Sequence record: PP359570
Origin: Escherichia phage ALITA
Length of the DNA: 64,000 bases
Direction: 5' to 3' (one strand)
The notes under the pieces are model-generated. The model ran no database searches. It was not told the DNA's origin and saw only the letters and a program-made list of their open reading frames with translations. Every line of letters begins with the position of its first letter. The first letter of the stretch is position 1. This document shows positions 54,039 to 63,996 of this stretch, in pieces. Position numbers and translations under genes: made by a program.

Positions 54039-54361
54039 CTCTCCTCAAAATCCATAAGTATAAAGATATTAACTTTACCTTCTATATTATGTTCTACAAC
54101 AAGATCTGCAAATTCTTTGTAGGCTTTTTCTTCTATTTGTTCAATGTGAGACGCTACATCTTTGTATATAGCGTCACCATCTACTTTAACAAGGAGGAAT
54201 AGAGATCTTACTTCAATCTCTTTATTTTTACGGGGTAGAAAATCGACGGCTTCTTGTATACGCCAGCCGAGATACCCTGGAGTCCTTTGAATATCCTCCA
54301 AATGACTTTCTAAGATTTCCCTTCCTTTGTCTATTAAAGCCTGTTCTGTCGTTATTTTCAT
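54035..54361 (-). CDS. hypothetical protein
   Basis: 108-aa ORF. Confidence 0.45.
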   Translation of the reverse strand: MKITTEQALIDKGREILESHLEDIQRTPGYLGWRIQEAVDFLPRKNKEIEVRSLFLLVKVDGDAIYKDVASHIEQIEEKAYKEFADLVVEHNIEGKVNIFILMDFEES

Positions 54362-54371
54362 CCCCTTCTCC

Positions 54372-54944
54372 TTAATGTGTTAATGAAACTGCGTAACTAA
54401 ACACAGGTTCAGATATTACATCGGCTACAGTAATAAAAACGTCTTCGTCTTGAGTTGTTTCTACACGACATACAGTTACACCATTCACCACGAATTCAAC
54501 GCAATGTGGAATATCTTCACAAACGAAGGTAGTGTAAGTAACACCCAAAGCATCATACAAAGATTTAACAGTGTTTGCAAGTGCCGCAGTTTCTTCTTTT
54601 TCTGAGACAATGAATGCTGTAACAACAAGATTGTTTGCATAGTTTAGACTGTCCTCTATAGCCAATGATTTACAAGGTAGTAATGCAAAATATTTACCTG
54701 GTTTAATCAGACCTGCTTCCCATTGATTCAAAATTGCTTGGGATGGTTTAGTAATATAAAACAGATTTTCACTTGGGTTATCAATATTACTTCTGGCGAT
54801 ACAACGTGAAGGATTATTAATATCAAACACATGATCAAAATCTACACAAACTGGTAAACTGAAAGGTGTGAATTTTTTACCTAATAATCCTACTGCTGAC
54901 AATATGTTTGCTGTGCTTATCTTCCCGTTAAAAGCTAAACGCAT
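54372..54944 (-). CDS. hypothetical protein
   Basis: 190-aa ORF. Confidence 0.5.
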   Translation of the reverse strand: MRLAFNGKISTANILSAVGLLGKKFTPFSLPVCVDFDHVFDINNPSRCIARSNIDNPSENLFYITKPSQAILNQWEAGLIKPGKYFALLPCKSLAIEDSLNYANNLVVTAFIVSEKEETAALANTVKSLYDALGVTYTTFVCEDIPHCVEFVVNGVTVCRVETTQDEDVFITVADVISEPVFSYAVSLTH

Positions 54945-54955
54945 ATTTAACTCCT

Positions 54956-55159
54956 TTAACTAGCAACCGTAACTTCCGAACTTTCTTCTTTCGTACTGTC
55001 TACGATATGCCTGGTGGCAATATACGAGACTTGCCAGTTACCATCTGGTGTAGTCTCAATAAGTACCCTATCTACTTCGAGAAAATGCAAAAATTCAACC
55101 ATCGCTCGCTTCGATAGGAATTGTTTTTTAACAGTCTCCTCAAAAGATTGAACTGCCAT
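54956..55159 (-). CDS. hypothetical protein
   Basis: 67-aa ORF. Confidence 0.4.
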   Translation of the reverse strand: MAVQSFEETVKKQFLSKRAMVEFLHFLEVDRVLIETTPDGNWQVSYIATRHIVDSTKEESSEVTVAS

Positions 55160-55168
55160 GTTTCCTCC

Positions 55169-55831
55169 TTATTTAATATTCAATTTTGCACAAAGACGTT
55201 GTACCGCTTTGGCATCGAACAAACTCCCACGAATAGTTCTCTTTCCTGATTCATTCAGATGTTTTGCAATCGTCATATATGGCGTTTTACAAGCTCTGTA
55301 TGCAACTAAAGAATCTTTTAAAGAAAGCGCAAACTCTTTTGAGCGTTTTGCTTCTTCCGTTTTCGTATAATCTGTTCTTTTGTATTTAGGGTTTGCTGCA
55401 CCAAGAAGCGTTCCCTTCGCTTTTGCTACTTTAAGGCTCTTCTTAACACGATCAGATATTGCACGAGCCTCTTCTTCTGCCAGAACTGCTAAAATATTTA
55501 TTATCATATTTTCAGCGGAGGGCATAGTTGCTATTCGTACATTAATCATCTCTAACAAGGTTGCAACAGAAGCTGTGTTACGTCCAAGACGGTCAACCTT
55601 AGCAACAACAAGTGTAGCACCTGTTTCTTTGCAAAGATTAACAGCTTTTACAAGCTCTCTACGTTGCTTCCAATCGCCTTTACCCGAATAAAACTCTGCA
55701 AAGCTACCTACAATAGTATAATTTTCTTGTGAATCCAGGAAGCGTTGGATATCTGCTTCCTGTGATTCTATACCATACTGGTTGCCTTGTTGTTTCTTCT
55801 TAGAAAGTCGATGATACAGTACAAACTTCAT
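55169..55831 (-). CDS. serine recombinase (resolvase/invertase family)
   Basis: N-terminal YHRLSKKKQ (catalytic Ser context), VAKVDRLGRN resolvase motif, C-terminal HTH-like segment. Confidence 0.7.
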   Translation of the reverse strand: MKFVLYHRLSKKKQQGNQYGIESQEADIQRFLDSQENYTIVGSFAEFYSGKGDWKQRRELVKAVNLCKETGATLVVAKVDRLGRNTASVATLLEMINVRIATMPSAENMIINILAVLAEEEARAISDRVKKSLKVAKAKGTLLGAANPKYKRTDYTKTEEAKRSKEFALSLKDSLVAYRACKTPYMTIAKHLNESGKRTIRGSLFDAKAVQRLCAKLNIK

Positions 55832-55888
55832 AATACCCTCCTGTTCTGTTACAGGAAGTATGCACTACCTTAACGTTAAAGTCAACAG

Positions 55889-56104
55889 TTAAGTAGTGGT
55901 AATATCATCTTCTTGAATATCAGGATCAACTTCTGCAAAGATAGCTTCTACAGGAATTTCTTCACCTGCTATTCTAGAAAGAAGCACTGAACCAATAGCT
56001 TTTGCGTGTTCTTCGGATTCCGCATAAACATTAGTCCCTGTGTCTTTTTTCTTAGTTTCGTTAAAATATACCAGATAGTAATTGTATGCCATTATTCTTC
56101 CCAA
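55889..56104 (-). CDS. hypothetical protein
   Basis: 71-aa ORF. Confidence 0.4.
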   Translation of the reverse strand: MGRIMAYNYYLVYFNETKKKDTGTNVYAESEEHAKAIGSVLLSRIAGEEIPVEAIFAEVDPDIQEDDITTT

Positions 56105-56343
56105 TCGTTGTTACGAGCATTTTCAAGAACCTTGACAACTTCTGCATACTCTACAGCTAAACCAGCACACACTTCAGCTTGTTTTGCAATTGCTTGTTTA
56201 AAGAACATAGCGATTGCAACACTCTGTGTTGTGTGAATGTTATCTGCTTTAGTTGATACGTGAAGATCAAAATCTTCTTCATCAAAGGGGAGTTCCATAG
56301 TAACAATAAATTTCTCGGTCATAAAAATGCTCCTCTTAAACAA
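56092..56343 (-). CDS. hypothetical protein
   Basis: 83-aa ORF. Confidence 0.4.
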   Translation of the reverse strand: MFKRSIFMTEKFIVTMELPFDEEDFDLHVSTKADNIHTTQSVAIAMFFKQAIAKQAEVCAGLAVEYAEVVKVLENARNNDWEE

Positions 56344-56845
56344 AATAGAAAGGTTGAGTTAAACCCAGCCTGTTTTTTGGGTCGTAGACGTACCAAGCAT
56401 ATGCTGTCTTATCAGTACCACCTGCAACAAAAGATGGTCGTTCAGAAAGAACAATCAAATTTGTTGGTGGATTCTGTTTATGGAACTCCCTTCGTTTAAT
56501 AGACTCTAGGAACCCAAGACGCAACAAGTATATGCAAACGTCTGCTTCTTTTAAGCTCTTTTGCAAGAACTCAAGTGCAAGTTTGAATGGGGGATTTGTG
56601 ATTATAATATCCGGCTTAGTATGCCATTCGTGGTTAAAATAATCTTTCCCTTCTTCTAACTCACAATATTCTGATCCTTCTGGAAAATGTTGATAAATTG
56701 CAGCAGCAGCACCTTTACACGGTTCTGCAAAAATAAAACCTTCTTCTTTAAGGTTATTAAAATCTATTACACTAAATAATGCATTTATACATTTTTGTGG
56801 AGTAGGATAGTAATCAGTTGGTGGACGATCATACTTATTTGCCAC
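56336..56845 (-). CDS. small phage-type DNA N6-adenine methyltransferase (Dam-like)
   Basis: DYYPTP and IITNPPF (N/DPP[FY] catalytic motif); 169 aa. Confidence 0.6.
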   Translation of the reverse strand: MANKYDRPPTDYYPTPQKCINALFSVIDFNNLKEEGFIFAEPCKGAAAAIYQHFPEGSEYCELEEGKDYFNHEWHTKPDIIITNPPFKLALEFLQKSLKEADVCIYLLRLGFLESIKRREFHKQNPPTNLIVLSERPSFVAGGTDKTAYAWYVYDPKNRLGLTQPFYFV

Positions 56846-57263
56846 TACTTAAAATCTCCTCTTTTGTGATTTCAGGGTCTTCTTCAAAAACCATAATATC
56901 TCTTAAGAACGTTAATTCTTCCATAGATACTGGTATTGTATCTTCTTCTGTTTTTCGTTTACATAAATCGTCAAGAAAGTTTTTAAAGTTTTCTGACAAA
57001 TCGTAAAATTTCAACAGTTGATAATCACAGGAGGAGATCCTATCTAGTTCTAACATTCTTTCTAAGATATTTTCTGTGTTGCCATACAGCACACGAACTT
57101 CTCCGAAAGGGTTGACTGAATATTGTGAAGTTCTGAACCATCCCTTTTTAGATACAGTGTAACGCTGTTCTGCTAAACTTTCAATAAAATTTTTAGCTCT
57201 TTTACAGTTTTGTTCTAAAGAGTAGTAGGCTTTTTCTACAAAGGTTACAGGTACTGGTAACAT
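56835..57263 (-). CDS. hypothetical protein
   Basis: 142-aa ORF. Confidence 0.45.
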   Translation of the reverse strand: MLPVPVTFVEKAYYSLEQNCKRAKNFIESLAEQRYTVSKKGWFRTSQYSVNPFGEVRVLYGNTENILERMLELDRISSCDYQLLKFYDLSENFKNFLDDLCKRKTEEDTIPVSMEELTFLRDIMVFEEDPEITKEEILSSGK

Positions 57264-57304
57264 ATCTCCTCCTAATAAACCCCCTCAAGGGGGTTTGTGT
57301 TAGA

Positions 57305-57958
57305 TTAATTATCAGAGGATACTTTATCAAGTTTTTCAGAGACTGTCAATACTTTTTCTTGTGATTCTTTCATTTCTGCTAAAATACTTTCAGCTTCATC
57401 ACTATCAGGATCACCAGTCAACAGCATACTAATTAGTTGCTCCTTGCTGAAGTTCAGAATATCTTCCGCTGTTAGCTCCAGTTGTTCTTCGATCTCTTCA
57501 ACAAAAGTTTCACCCCCTGAAAAAGCATCTCGTAGTTTTGCAACTTCCATTGCTTCTTCTGGGGTTGCCCCAGCGTCTAAAGCTGCTAAAGCAAAATCTG
57601 CCCCACTACCAACAGCATAGTAATCTTCAGTTAAAGGATATGCTCGCGTTGGATTATTACCCTCGTGCATATAAATTTTACCGTCTGGGTGAACAACCAA
57701 TGCCACAAACTCTTCATCTTCTTTATCAGGATCGGACTGGATCACCAAACCTGGGATTGTCTCTTGTGCTGCTTGGCATTGTAAGTTTTGTTCGAACCAA
57801 GAAAAGAAAGTCAGGATAGAAGACAGACGTCCTGCACCACCAACAAGGTAGTCCCCAATTTTACGCACTTTCTTGAAATTTAAAGTGTCTACACGACTAC
57901 CTACTGTTACTTTACCGTCAGACAGAATTTTGTTACGTGTTGCAATAATTGTTGTCAT
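57305..57958 (-). CDS. Ntn-hydrolase, HslV/proteasome beta-subunit-like peptidase
   Basis: MTTIIATR N-terminus (Thr nucleophile after Met removal), KKVRK, VGGAG, YAVGSGADFALAAL comparable to HslV blocks; acidic C-terminal extension. Confidence 0.55.
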   Translation of the reverse strand: MTTIIATRNKILSDGKVTVGSRVDTLNFKKVRKIGDYLVGGAGRLSSILTFFSWFEQNLQCQAAQETIPGLVIQSDPDKEDEEFVALVVHPDGKIYMHEGNNPTRAYPLTEDYYAVGSGADFALAALDAGATPEEAMEVAKLRDAFSGGETFVEEIEEQLELTAEDILNFSKEQLISMLLTGDPDSDEAESILAEMKESQEKVLTVSEKLDKVSSDN

Positions 57959-58449
57959 TGTACTTCCTCCTGTAGTGTTTTAAGGACTGCTTTACCACCG
58001 CTTACATATTTACGGAGGTAATCAATAGCTCTTAGTGTTTCTTTATCCACAAGAATTTTATTAGTTCTTGTTAGTGGATGATTTAGTAAATCACTGCAAT
58101 TTCTTACTAACATAGATTTCTTGTGAAAAATACTGCTAAGAAAAAGAAGTTTAGAATCTTCTTCATCAATCAGGAGTAATTCTGAATTAGACCCAGCTAC
58201 ATTTATTATACACTCAAACAAGCCTTCTTGACTATCAGATAATTCCTGGTAATATTTAGTTAGCCAATCCTCGCCTTTTAACCAACTAAAAAACATCTGA
58301 ACTTTTTGTAAAGTTGTCATGTTCTCTAAACGAAGAGATATTTCTTTTTCAATCTTGTCAATATAAATCTGTCTAAACTCATTCGGCTTAACTAAGCCAG
58401 CTTGATAGCATTCATCAATACCATTGCGATCAATCTCAATTAGCGTCAT
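57955..58449 (-). CDS. hypothetical protein
   Basis: 164-aa ORF. Confidence 0.5.
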   Translation of the reverse strand: MTLIEIDRNGIDECYQAGLVKPNEFRQIYIDKIEKEISLRLENMTTLQKVQMFFSWLKGEDWLTKYYQELSDSQEGLFECIINVAGSNSELLLIDEEDSKLLFLSSIFHKKSMLVRNCSDLLNHPLTRTNKILVDKETLRAIDYLRKYVSGGKAVLKTLQEEVQ

Positions 58450-58485
58450 TTAACCTCCATAACAGGCATCCTTGCCTTGTAATTA

Positions 58486-59238
58486 TTAGTATACTTCCGT
58501 GATGAACTGAGACAAACGGGAACGTTGGTTATCAGCAGTTGTCATTTCAACATAACCAATAAAATCCACAATAGCTTCCCTTTCTCCTTCTTCATTAATA
58601 GGAACAACACGATCTAACAAATCACCTAACCCGTTAGCTCTTCGTTTAATTGCATATGTTTGATTAACATCGCCCATAATGACAATACGTGTATTAAGAC
58701 CTGCTCGCTCAAGGAGAAGTTTTACTGTATTTGGTGACATAAGTTGAACTTCATCAATAAGAATAATGCTGTTATCCCACGTAGCACCTAGTGCATAGTT
58801 TGGAATATTAAGTTCAATTTTGCCACTTGCAATATCGTTTTCCAATTTATTTGCAGTCATAAACTGTTGGAAAATTCTTTTAGTTGATTCGTAGTGTGCT
58901 GCTAGTTTATCAGTCTTATCTCCAGATAAGAAACCAATTTGATCATCACCTACTTCTGTCGGGTTTTTAAGGAAAATCAACTTTCTGAAGTCACCAGCTT
59001 TAAGCATTTGCAATGCTTTCCATAGTGCTGTTGTCGTTTTTCCTGTTCCTGCTGGGGCATTAACAATGGTTAAATCATTCCAAACCATGCTTCTTACAAT
59101 AGCTTCTTGATTCCCAACAGGGGTAAATTCATCAAGACGGTAATCATCATTTCCTACTGCTTTAGCCGCATAACGACTGGCACGTTTGTCATCATTGGCT
59201 GCTGATTGACGACGAGCCTTTGCGGTTTTATTTCCCAT
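58486..59238 (-). CDS. phoH: PhoH-like ATPase
   Basis: Walker A NAPAGTGKTT, IILIDEVQ Walker B, GDVNQ motif. Confidence 0.85.
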   Translation of the reverse strand: MGNKTAKARRQSAANDDKRASRYAAKAVGNDDYRLDEFTPVGNQEAIVRSMVWNDLTIVNAPAGTGKTTTALWKALQMLKAGDFRKLIFLKNPTEVGDDQIGFLSGDKTDKLAAHYESTKRIFQQFMTANKLENDIASGKIELNIPNYALGATWDNSIILIDEVQLMSPNTVKLLLERAGLNTRIVIMGDVNQTYAIKRRANGLGDLLDRVVPINEEGEREAIVDFIGYVEMTTADNQRSRLSQFITEVY

Positions 59239-59251
59239 GTTTGCACTCCTT

Positions 59252-59276
59252 ATAAAAGGGGCTTTCGCCCCTTTGT
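59252..59276 (-). terminator. rho-independent terminator (AGGGGC-GAAA-GCCCCT plus T-run)
   Basis: Hairpin directly downstream of the lysozyme gene on minus strand. Confidence 0.6.
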
Positions 59277-59777
59277 TTAGTTATAAGCGTCTAATGTTCC
59301 AGTTTTAAGTACCTGAATTACACGCTCTGCGCGATTAGGCGTTTGGCGATACCATTTACTTTTACGTAAATTTATAGAGGCTTGAGTATAATATGAATTA
59401 CTCACTAAAGTCAAGCTATTTTTGAAAGATTCTGCACCTTTCAATCCCATTTGAAATACCATATTGATAATAGCCATTTTACGATTAGGACTTACTTTAT
59501 CGTAAATAGGAGATAATATGGTGCTTGAATGGATCTGTTGTATCGCTTTCTTTACGTCACTCTCAAAGATTTTTCTAGCTTCCGCTTCAGTAATAACCCC
59601 ATTGGTTTTTCTACCTACTAAGTTATCAAGAATGCGTATAGCTTCTGCTTTATCTTTGCGTTTTGTCAGAAGGTGTCCAATACCAACTGTCCAATACCCT
59701 TCGGTATCAGGATACACAGTTAGCTTTAGTCCTTCATCAAAACGTAACATATCAAACACATCAACTACTTTAGCCAT
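59277..59777 (-). CDS. e: T4-type lysozyme (endolysin, muramidase)
   Basis: FDMLRFDEGLKLTVYPDTEGYWTVGIGHLLTK...NMVFQMG...WYRQTPNRAERVI closely parallels T4 lysozyme including catalytic Glu and Asp. Confidence 0.9.
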   Translation of the reverse strand: MAKVVDVFDMLRFDEGLKLTVYPDTEGYWTVGIGHLLTKRKDKAEAIRILDNLVGRKTNGVITEAEARKIFESDVKKAIQQIHSSTILSPIYDKVSPNRKMAIINMVFQMGLKGAESFKNSLTLVSNSYYTQASINLRKSKWYRQTPNRAERVIQVLKTGTLDAYN

Positions 59778-59789
59778 GTTTTCCTTATA

Positions 59790-59933
59790 TCAGTCGCCCT
59801 CCCCATGATCTAACTCTTGAAACAGTAGGTGTTCAGGAGACATTTCACGTTTAGGCTTCGTCTTTTTAGTTTGGGACTTAAGCTCTGTTGCCAAAGCACG
59901 AGAAAAGATCTTACGTTTCTGTTTACCTTTCAT
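59790..59933 (-). CDS. hypothetical small basic protein (47 aa)
   Basis: Unlisted ORF MKGKQKRKIF... between glutaredoxin and lysozyme; GGAG RBS; coordinates approximate. Confidence 0.3.
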   Translation of the reverse strand: MKGKQKRKIFSRALATELKSQTKKTKPKREMSPEHLLFQELDHGEGD

Positions 59934-59937
59934 ATTG

Positions 59938-60204
59938 TTACTCCGCAATCTGAGCCATGAATTCACGTAGTTCAGAAAAACCTCCTACGTGGGTTAGCTG
60001 TTCACCATCTTCCACAAAAATCTGAGGAAATGTACGTGGTAGAACACCTGTTTTCTCTAAGACCAGATTCTGAATCTGATCTAAAGAATAGTCTTCATCT
60101 AAGGTAAGGTATTTAAAATCCTGTTCACGCTGTTCTAGTAGAATCTTAGCGTTAGTGCAGAAAGGACAATTTGGTTTACCGTAGATAATAAAATTCATTT
60201 TCAC
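59938..60204 (-). CDS. glutaredoxin-like protein
   Basis: 88 aa with CPFC active site in a thioredoxin-fold context. Confidence 0.75.
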   Translation of the reverse strand: MKMNFIIYGKPNCPFCTNAKILLEQREQDFKYLTLDEDYSLDQIQNLVLEKTGVLPRTFPQIFVEDGEQLTHVGGFSELREFMAQIAE

Positions 60205-61031
60205 TCCTTGTTTAAAAGTATAGTTAAAGTTCTTACAATACCGCTATCAACACTTCGCGGATTTAAAGTAGGATCTGTTTTTAAATAAGATGTTGCTGGT
60301 CTGACTGCTTTGGAGTTATAGGTTGAAGCAGACACAGGATTAACTGTAACCGATAAATCTATAACAAGAAATATCTTACGTGCAAAGTCATACCAAGAAA
60401 TATAATCTGCACCTGCATAGTGTACAATTTTACTATTTACACCATCTTTTACAAGTTTAAAAATTGTTTCTGCAAGATCAGGTGCATAAGTAGGACACGA
60501 CAAATGATCACATACTACATTAAATTCTTTTTGACCACCGTTGTAGCGTTCCAACATAGTTTTCAAAAAGTTATGTCCAAATTCACTATAAACAGAAGCT
60601 GTTCTGATAATAAGTGCTGTAGGACAAACTGTTTGTACTAAAGTTTCACCTAATTGTTTACTATAACCGTAGGTGTTCAAGGGGTTTGTTTTACTATCTT
60701 CTGTACCAGCAACATGCCCATCAAAAACATAGTCTGTTGAAATATGTACAAACTGTATCAGTAAATCATTACATGCTTTGGCAATGTTTGTTGCACCGTA
60801 TGCATTAACATTTATACAGGTGTTAACATCTTCTTCAGCTTTATCTACTGCCGTGTAAGCCGCACAATTCACAACAACATCAGGCACATGCTGTACAAGA
60901 TTATTCATAACATCTTTAAAGTTGGTAATGTCTACATCACTTGCTTCAATCAAAATAACATCTTCGGGCGCAACTTTTGCCAAAGACTGTCCTAATTGAC
61001 CTTTTGAACCAAAGATTAAAAATTTTGTCAA
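60201..61031 (-). CDS. rmlD: dTDP-4-dehydrorhamnose reductase
   Basis: Rossmann GSKGQLG, VVNCAAYTAVDKAE; last gene of the rml operon. Confidence 0.8.
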   Translation of the reverse strand: MTKFLIFGSKGQLGQSLAKVAPEDVILIEASDVDITNFKDVMNNLVQHVPDVVVNCAAYTAVDKAEEDVNTCINVNAYGATNIAKACNDLLIQFVHISTDYVFDGHVAGTEDSKTNPLNTYGYSKQLGETLVQTVCPTALIIRTASVYSEFGHNFLKTMLERYNGGQKEFNVVCDHLSCPTYAPDLAETIFKLVKDGVNSKIVHYAGADYISWYDFARKIFLVIDLSVTVNPVSASTYNSKAVRPATSYLKTDPTLNPRSVDSGIVRTLTILLNKE

Positions 61032-61582
61032 AGTATGATCTCCTTTAGTGTTTTTGCTTCCTGATCTTTTTGTGACAAGATAGGTTTAAAATTAATATCA
61101 TTAAAGATTAAATCAAAACCCCAATCTATATTGATATCTGGATCATTCCACGCAAGACTACACTCTGAAGTCGGATCGTAATATTCTGTACACTTATATT
61201 CAAAATCAGCAATATCGCTAATCACAACAAAGCCATGAGCGAAACCAGGAGGAATCCAAAATTGTGTTTTATTCTTTTCAGATAAGAGAACACCTACCCA
61301 TTCTCCAAATGTTGGACTACCAACTCTAATATCTACAGCAACATCATAAACTTCACCACGAACACAACGTACTAACTTCCCTTGTGGGTTTTTCTTTTGA
61401 AAATGAAGCCCACGTAGAACTCCTCGGATAGAACGTGAATGGTTATCTTGGACAAAGTTTTGTTTACCTATGTATTGATCATATAAAGCCTGATTAAAAC
61501 TTTCTAAGAAAAAACCACGTTCATCTCCGTAAACGTCAGGTTGAATGATCAACAAATCTTCGATTTTTGTTGCTTGAATCAT
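61028..61582 (-). CDS. rmlC: dTDP-4-dehydrorhamnose 3,5-epimerase
   Basis: 184-aa cupin with ERGFFLESF, RGLHFQ, WIPPGFAHGF motifs. Confidence 0.85.
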   Translation of the reverse strand: MIQATKIEDLLIIQPDVYGDERGFFLESFNQALYDQYIGKQNFVQDNHSRSIRGVLRGLHFQKKNPQGKLVRCVRGEVYDVAVDIRVGSPTFGEWVGVLLSEKNKTQFWIPPGFAHGFVVISDIADFEYKCTEYYDPTSECSLAWNDPDINIDWGFDLIFNDINFKPILSQKDQEAKTLKEIIL

Positions 61583-61594
61583 TTAATCTCCCCT

Positions 61595-62464
61595 TTATTT
61601 TAATTTAAGTAAATACTTGCCGTAGTCTGTTTTACTTAAAACCTCTCCAGAACTTTTTACGGAATCTAAAGTAATCCATTCATTTTTAAAAGCAATCTCT
61701 TCTAGACATGCAACCTTCATACCTTGTTGCTTTTCTATTGCATGAACAAATTGAGATGCTTCCATAAGACTTTCATGTGTTCCTGTATCCAGCCAAGTGA
61801 AACCTCTTCCTAGCTTACAGACACGTAAAGCCTTTTCTTTCCAGTACATCTCATTTATATCTGTGATCTCTAACTCCCCTCTAGCAGAAGGCTTAACGCT
61901 TTTAGCTTTCTGTATAACAGAATTATCGTAAAAGTACAAGCCTGTAATTGCATAGTTGCTTTTTGGTGCTTTTGGTTTTTCTTCAATACTTACCACTGTA
62001 CCTTCAGAATCAAACTCAACAACACCAAATCTTTCAGGATCATTTACGTGATACCCAAAAATATTAGCTCCACCATTCTTTTCAATATGTTCTCTAGCAG
62101 AATCTAAAATGCTACCAAAACTCTGACCAAAGAATAAATTATCACCTAGAACAAGTGCTACAGAATCTTCACCAATAAAGCTCTCACCAATAATAAACGC
62201 TTCTGCTAAACCTTTTGGGCTGTCCTGTATTGCATACTGTAGGGAAACACCAAAAGAAGAACCATCACCTAGAAGATTTACAAAATTAATTTGATCTTCT
62301 GGTGTTGTAATTATTAGTATTTCCCTAATTCCAGAAAGCATTAGGACAGAGAGTGGATAATAAATCATAGGTTTATCGTAAATTGGTAATAGTTGTTTAC
62401 TAACCCCTTTAGTAACTGGGTAAAGTCTTGTTCCACTACCACCCGCTAAGATAATACCTTTCAT
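61595..62464 (-). CDS. rmlA: glucose-1-phosphate thymidylyltransferase
   Basis: [39 protein letters not shown] nearly identical to the canonical RmlA N-terminus. Confidence 0.9.
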   Translation of the reverse strand: MKGIILAGGSGTRLYPVTKGVSKQLLPIYDKPMIYYPLSVLMLSGIREILIITTPEDQINFVNLLGDGSSFGVSLQYAIQDSPKGLAEAFIIGESFIGEDSVALVLGDNLFFGQSFGSILDSAREHIEKNGGANIFGYHVNDPERFGVVEFDSEGTVVSIEEKPKAPKSNYAITGLYFYDNSVIQKAKSVKPSARGELEITDINEMYWKEKALRVCKLGRGFTWLDTGTHESLMEASQFVHAIEKQQGMKVACLEEIAFKNEWITLDSVKSSGEVLSKTDYGKYLLKLK

Positions 62465-62472
62465 ACTCCTCC

Positions 62473-63462
62473 TTAAACTTTATTTTCCCACCACTCTTTG
62501 TTATCTACATACCAATCAATGGTTGAATAAAGTTTTTCTTCAAATGTGCCTTTAGCTTTCCACCCTAATTCCTTTTCAATCTTATAAGGATTCACTTCAT
62601 ATCTTAGATCATGTCCAGGTCTATCTGTAACCATCTCAATTAGGCTACAAGCATCTGTTTCAGATGGATACACCGCATCCATATAATCACAAATCATATA
62701 GATTACATCAATATTAGTTCTAGGGTTTCTGCTCCCAATATTATATGTTTCTCCAGATTTGCCTTTAGTTACTACTAGGTGTAATGCTTCTGCGTGATCG
62801 TCAACGTATAACCAGTCTCTTACCTGAAGACCATTGCCATAAACAGGGATTGGTTTATTCATCAAGATATTTGTTATCGTTTTAGGTATTAGTTTTTCTG
62901 GATGATGGTATGCTCCAAAATTATTTGAACAATTTGTTATAACTGTCGGAATACCATAAGTACGATGCCACGCTCTTACCAAATGATCGCTTGCTGCCTT
63001 AGATGCAGCATATGGACTACTTGGCTTATAAGGATTCTGTTCTGTAAACGGATAATCCCCTTCTTCCATATCACCATATACTTCATCTGTTGAAATATGA
63101 TGGAACATTTTAAGATTTGATTTATCTCCCATTAAACGAACAGCTTCTAGGAGATTAAATGTCCCAACAATATTTGAATTTATAAAAACACTCGGTGATG
63201 CTATTGAATTATCTACGTGACTTTCTGCTGCAAGATGCATTATATAATCTGGATTAACATCTGCCACAATCTTAGCAGTTAACTGCGCATTTGTCAAGTC
63301 AACACGACAAAACTTTACATTGGGTGTTTCTGATAAATTTCTAGGGTCTGAAGCGTAACCCCATTTATCTATAACGTAAATATCATTTTTAGTATTTTTA
63401 GCCAGGAAACGAACTACTGCACTTCCAATAAAGCCTAAACCACCTGTTACTAAGTATTTCAT
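62473..63462 (-). CDS. rmlB: dTDP-glucose 4,6-dehydratase
   Basis: [17 protein letters not shown], catalytic YAASKAASD (YxxxK), 329 aa. Confidence 0.9.
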   Translation of the reverse strand: MKYLVTGGLGFIGSAVVRFLAKNTKNDIYVIDKWGYASDPRNLSETPNVKFCRVDLTNAQLTAKIVADVNPDYIMHLAAESHVDNSIASPSVFINSNIVGTFNLLEAVRLMGDKSNLKMFHHISTDEVYGDMEEGDYPFTEQNPYKPSSPYAASKAASDHLVRAWHRTYGIPTVITNCSNNFGAYHHPEKLIPKTITNILMNKPIPVYGNGLQVRDWLYVDDHAEALHLVVTKGKSGETYNIGSRNPRTNIDVIYMICDYMDAVYPSETDACSLIEMVTDRPGHDLRYEVNPYKIEKELGWKAKGTFEEKLYSTIDWYVDNKEWWENKV

Positions 63463-63656
63463 TTAGTCTCCTTCCAATTATTCCCTTCAGTAAAAATAAT
63501 ACCTTCATAAAACAACCATCTGGAACCTTTTTCAACAGGAACAGGAATCTCTTCTTCAGTAAAGTTATAAACTTCTCTAGCATCTTCTAAAAGTGATGCA
63601 AATGTTTTTGGACTTACTGTTACGCGAGGAGCATTGATCAGTTGATCTAGCATCAT
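63459..63656 (-). CDS. hypothetical protein
   Basis: Start at MMLDQ with AAGGAGG RBS (track ORF start overlaps upstream gene). Confidence 0.4.
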   Translation of the reverse strand: MMLDQLINAPRVTVSPKTFASLLEDAREVYNFTEEEIPVPVEKGSRWLFYEGIIFTEGNNWKETK

Positions 63657-63669
63657 TCTACTATCCTCC

Positions 63670-63996
63670 TTACCAAACGTGTTGAGAAATAATAGTTTCC
63701 GTTTCAATGTTATATTTTTCAAGAAGTTGTGCGTAGGCTTCTTTTGCATTCTTATTTAGTTGCTCAAGATCTACAGCTATACTTCCTTCGCCACCTTCTA
63801 AATAAATGCCATATATGCAATAAGATTCATCAGCATCATAGAAAGGAGAGATACGGCTTAAATCAAGACCTTCTTGTAAGAACCAATTAAAATCTCCATC
63901 AAATTCTTCTTCAATTCTAGGATCTTCTCCTACAGCCCCTTCCCATTTATTAAAAGGTGCACCCTGTAACATACGCCATGCAATATCAACCCCCAC
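63670..63996 (-). CDS. hypothetical acidic protein
   Basis: 108-aa ORF ending 4 nt from the window edge. Confidence 0.4.
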   Translation of the reverse strand: MGVDIAWRMLQGAPFNKWEGAVGEDPRIEEEFDGDFNWFLQEGLDLSRISPFYDADESYCIYGIYLEGGEGSIAVDLEQLNKNAKEAYAQLLEKYNIETETIISQHVW

